64,000 nucleotides of DNA from Callorhinchus milii. Taxonomy: Eukaryota. Within the stretch, counting starts at the first letter, position 1. Each line of letters starts with the position of its first letter. The stretch is from positions 103,914,001 to 103,978,000 of the forward strand of contig NW_024704742.1 in NCBI RefSeq assembly GCF_018977255.1, in the 5' to 3' direction. Positions 63,551 through 64,000 of this stretch are shown here, piece by piece. Under the pieces are notes generated by a model that saw nothing but the letters and a program-made list of their open reading frames with translations, was not told the DNA's origin and did no database searches. The position numbers were made by a program, and so were the translations under genes.

Positions 63551-64000
63551 GCCTACATGAAGGGAGCTATAAGAATGCAACTTGTTATTGTTTTCAGTAT
63601 TCTTTCTCATAGACACCACAGTGGCTTTTCAATTGTTTCAAATCCAATCCTAAGCATCTCTTTTCACTGAAAATTTGCTGATATAAAGGAGTGGCCAGCA
63701 TCACAAAGTGCAAAAAACATTACATAATTCCTTAATCACGGACTCCTGCACTCGATTCTGCTACACTGCACAAATCAGACGTGAAATTATTTGCTGAATA
63801 TCAGAAGTCTAGTTCTAGCAATCAGTCAAACAATAATCTCAAGGAAAACTTCGTCATAATTATATGAACCTCTGTGTGGGCAATATTTTATTTAAAATAT
63901 GTTTCGAATAAATCATTCCACAGTGAAATGATTCAAATTCACTTACAGCTCCCACAAAAGTCCAGTGTTTTCCCAGTGAGGAGCCGAGGTTTCCTGTGTT

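Overview
Vertebrate genomic DNA, most likely a cartilaginous fish (inferred from its L2/CR1 LINEs and Deu-type and LF-SINE-like SINEs; the species cannot be determined). It contains the complete mRNA-decapping enzyme gene DCP2 on the minus strand: 11 coding exons reconstructed by hand between 11992 and 31396, 1284 nt, 427 aa, with an intact Nudix box. It also contains the first two coding exons of REEP5 on the plus strand (44098-45632), head-to-head with DCP2 as in human 5q22. Highlights: (1) DCP2 intron 2 is a minor-spliceosome (U12) AT-AC intron; (2) a ~1.06 kb G-quadruplex-type minisatellite directly abuts the DCP2 start codon, with a ~130 bp core promoter and candidate uORF between it and an oppositely oriented G-rich array; (3) a G-rich array lies just after the REEP5 exon 1 donor; (4) there is a 116 bp intronic palindrome, a TA-flanked MITE, and several nested or rearranged L2 insertions. 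I found no convincing evidence of a wholly new multi-gene system. Repeat boundaries are approximate and family names come from recalled consensus motifs, not database searches.
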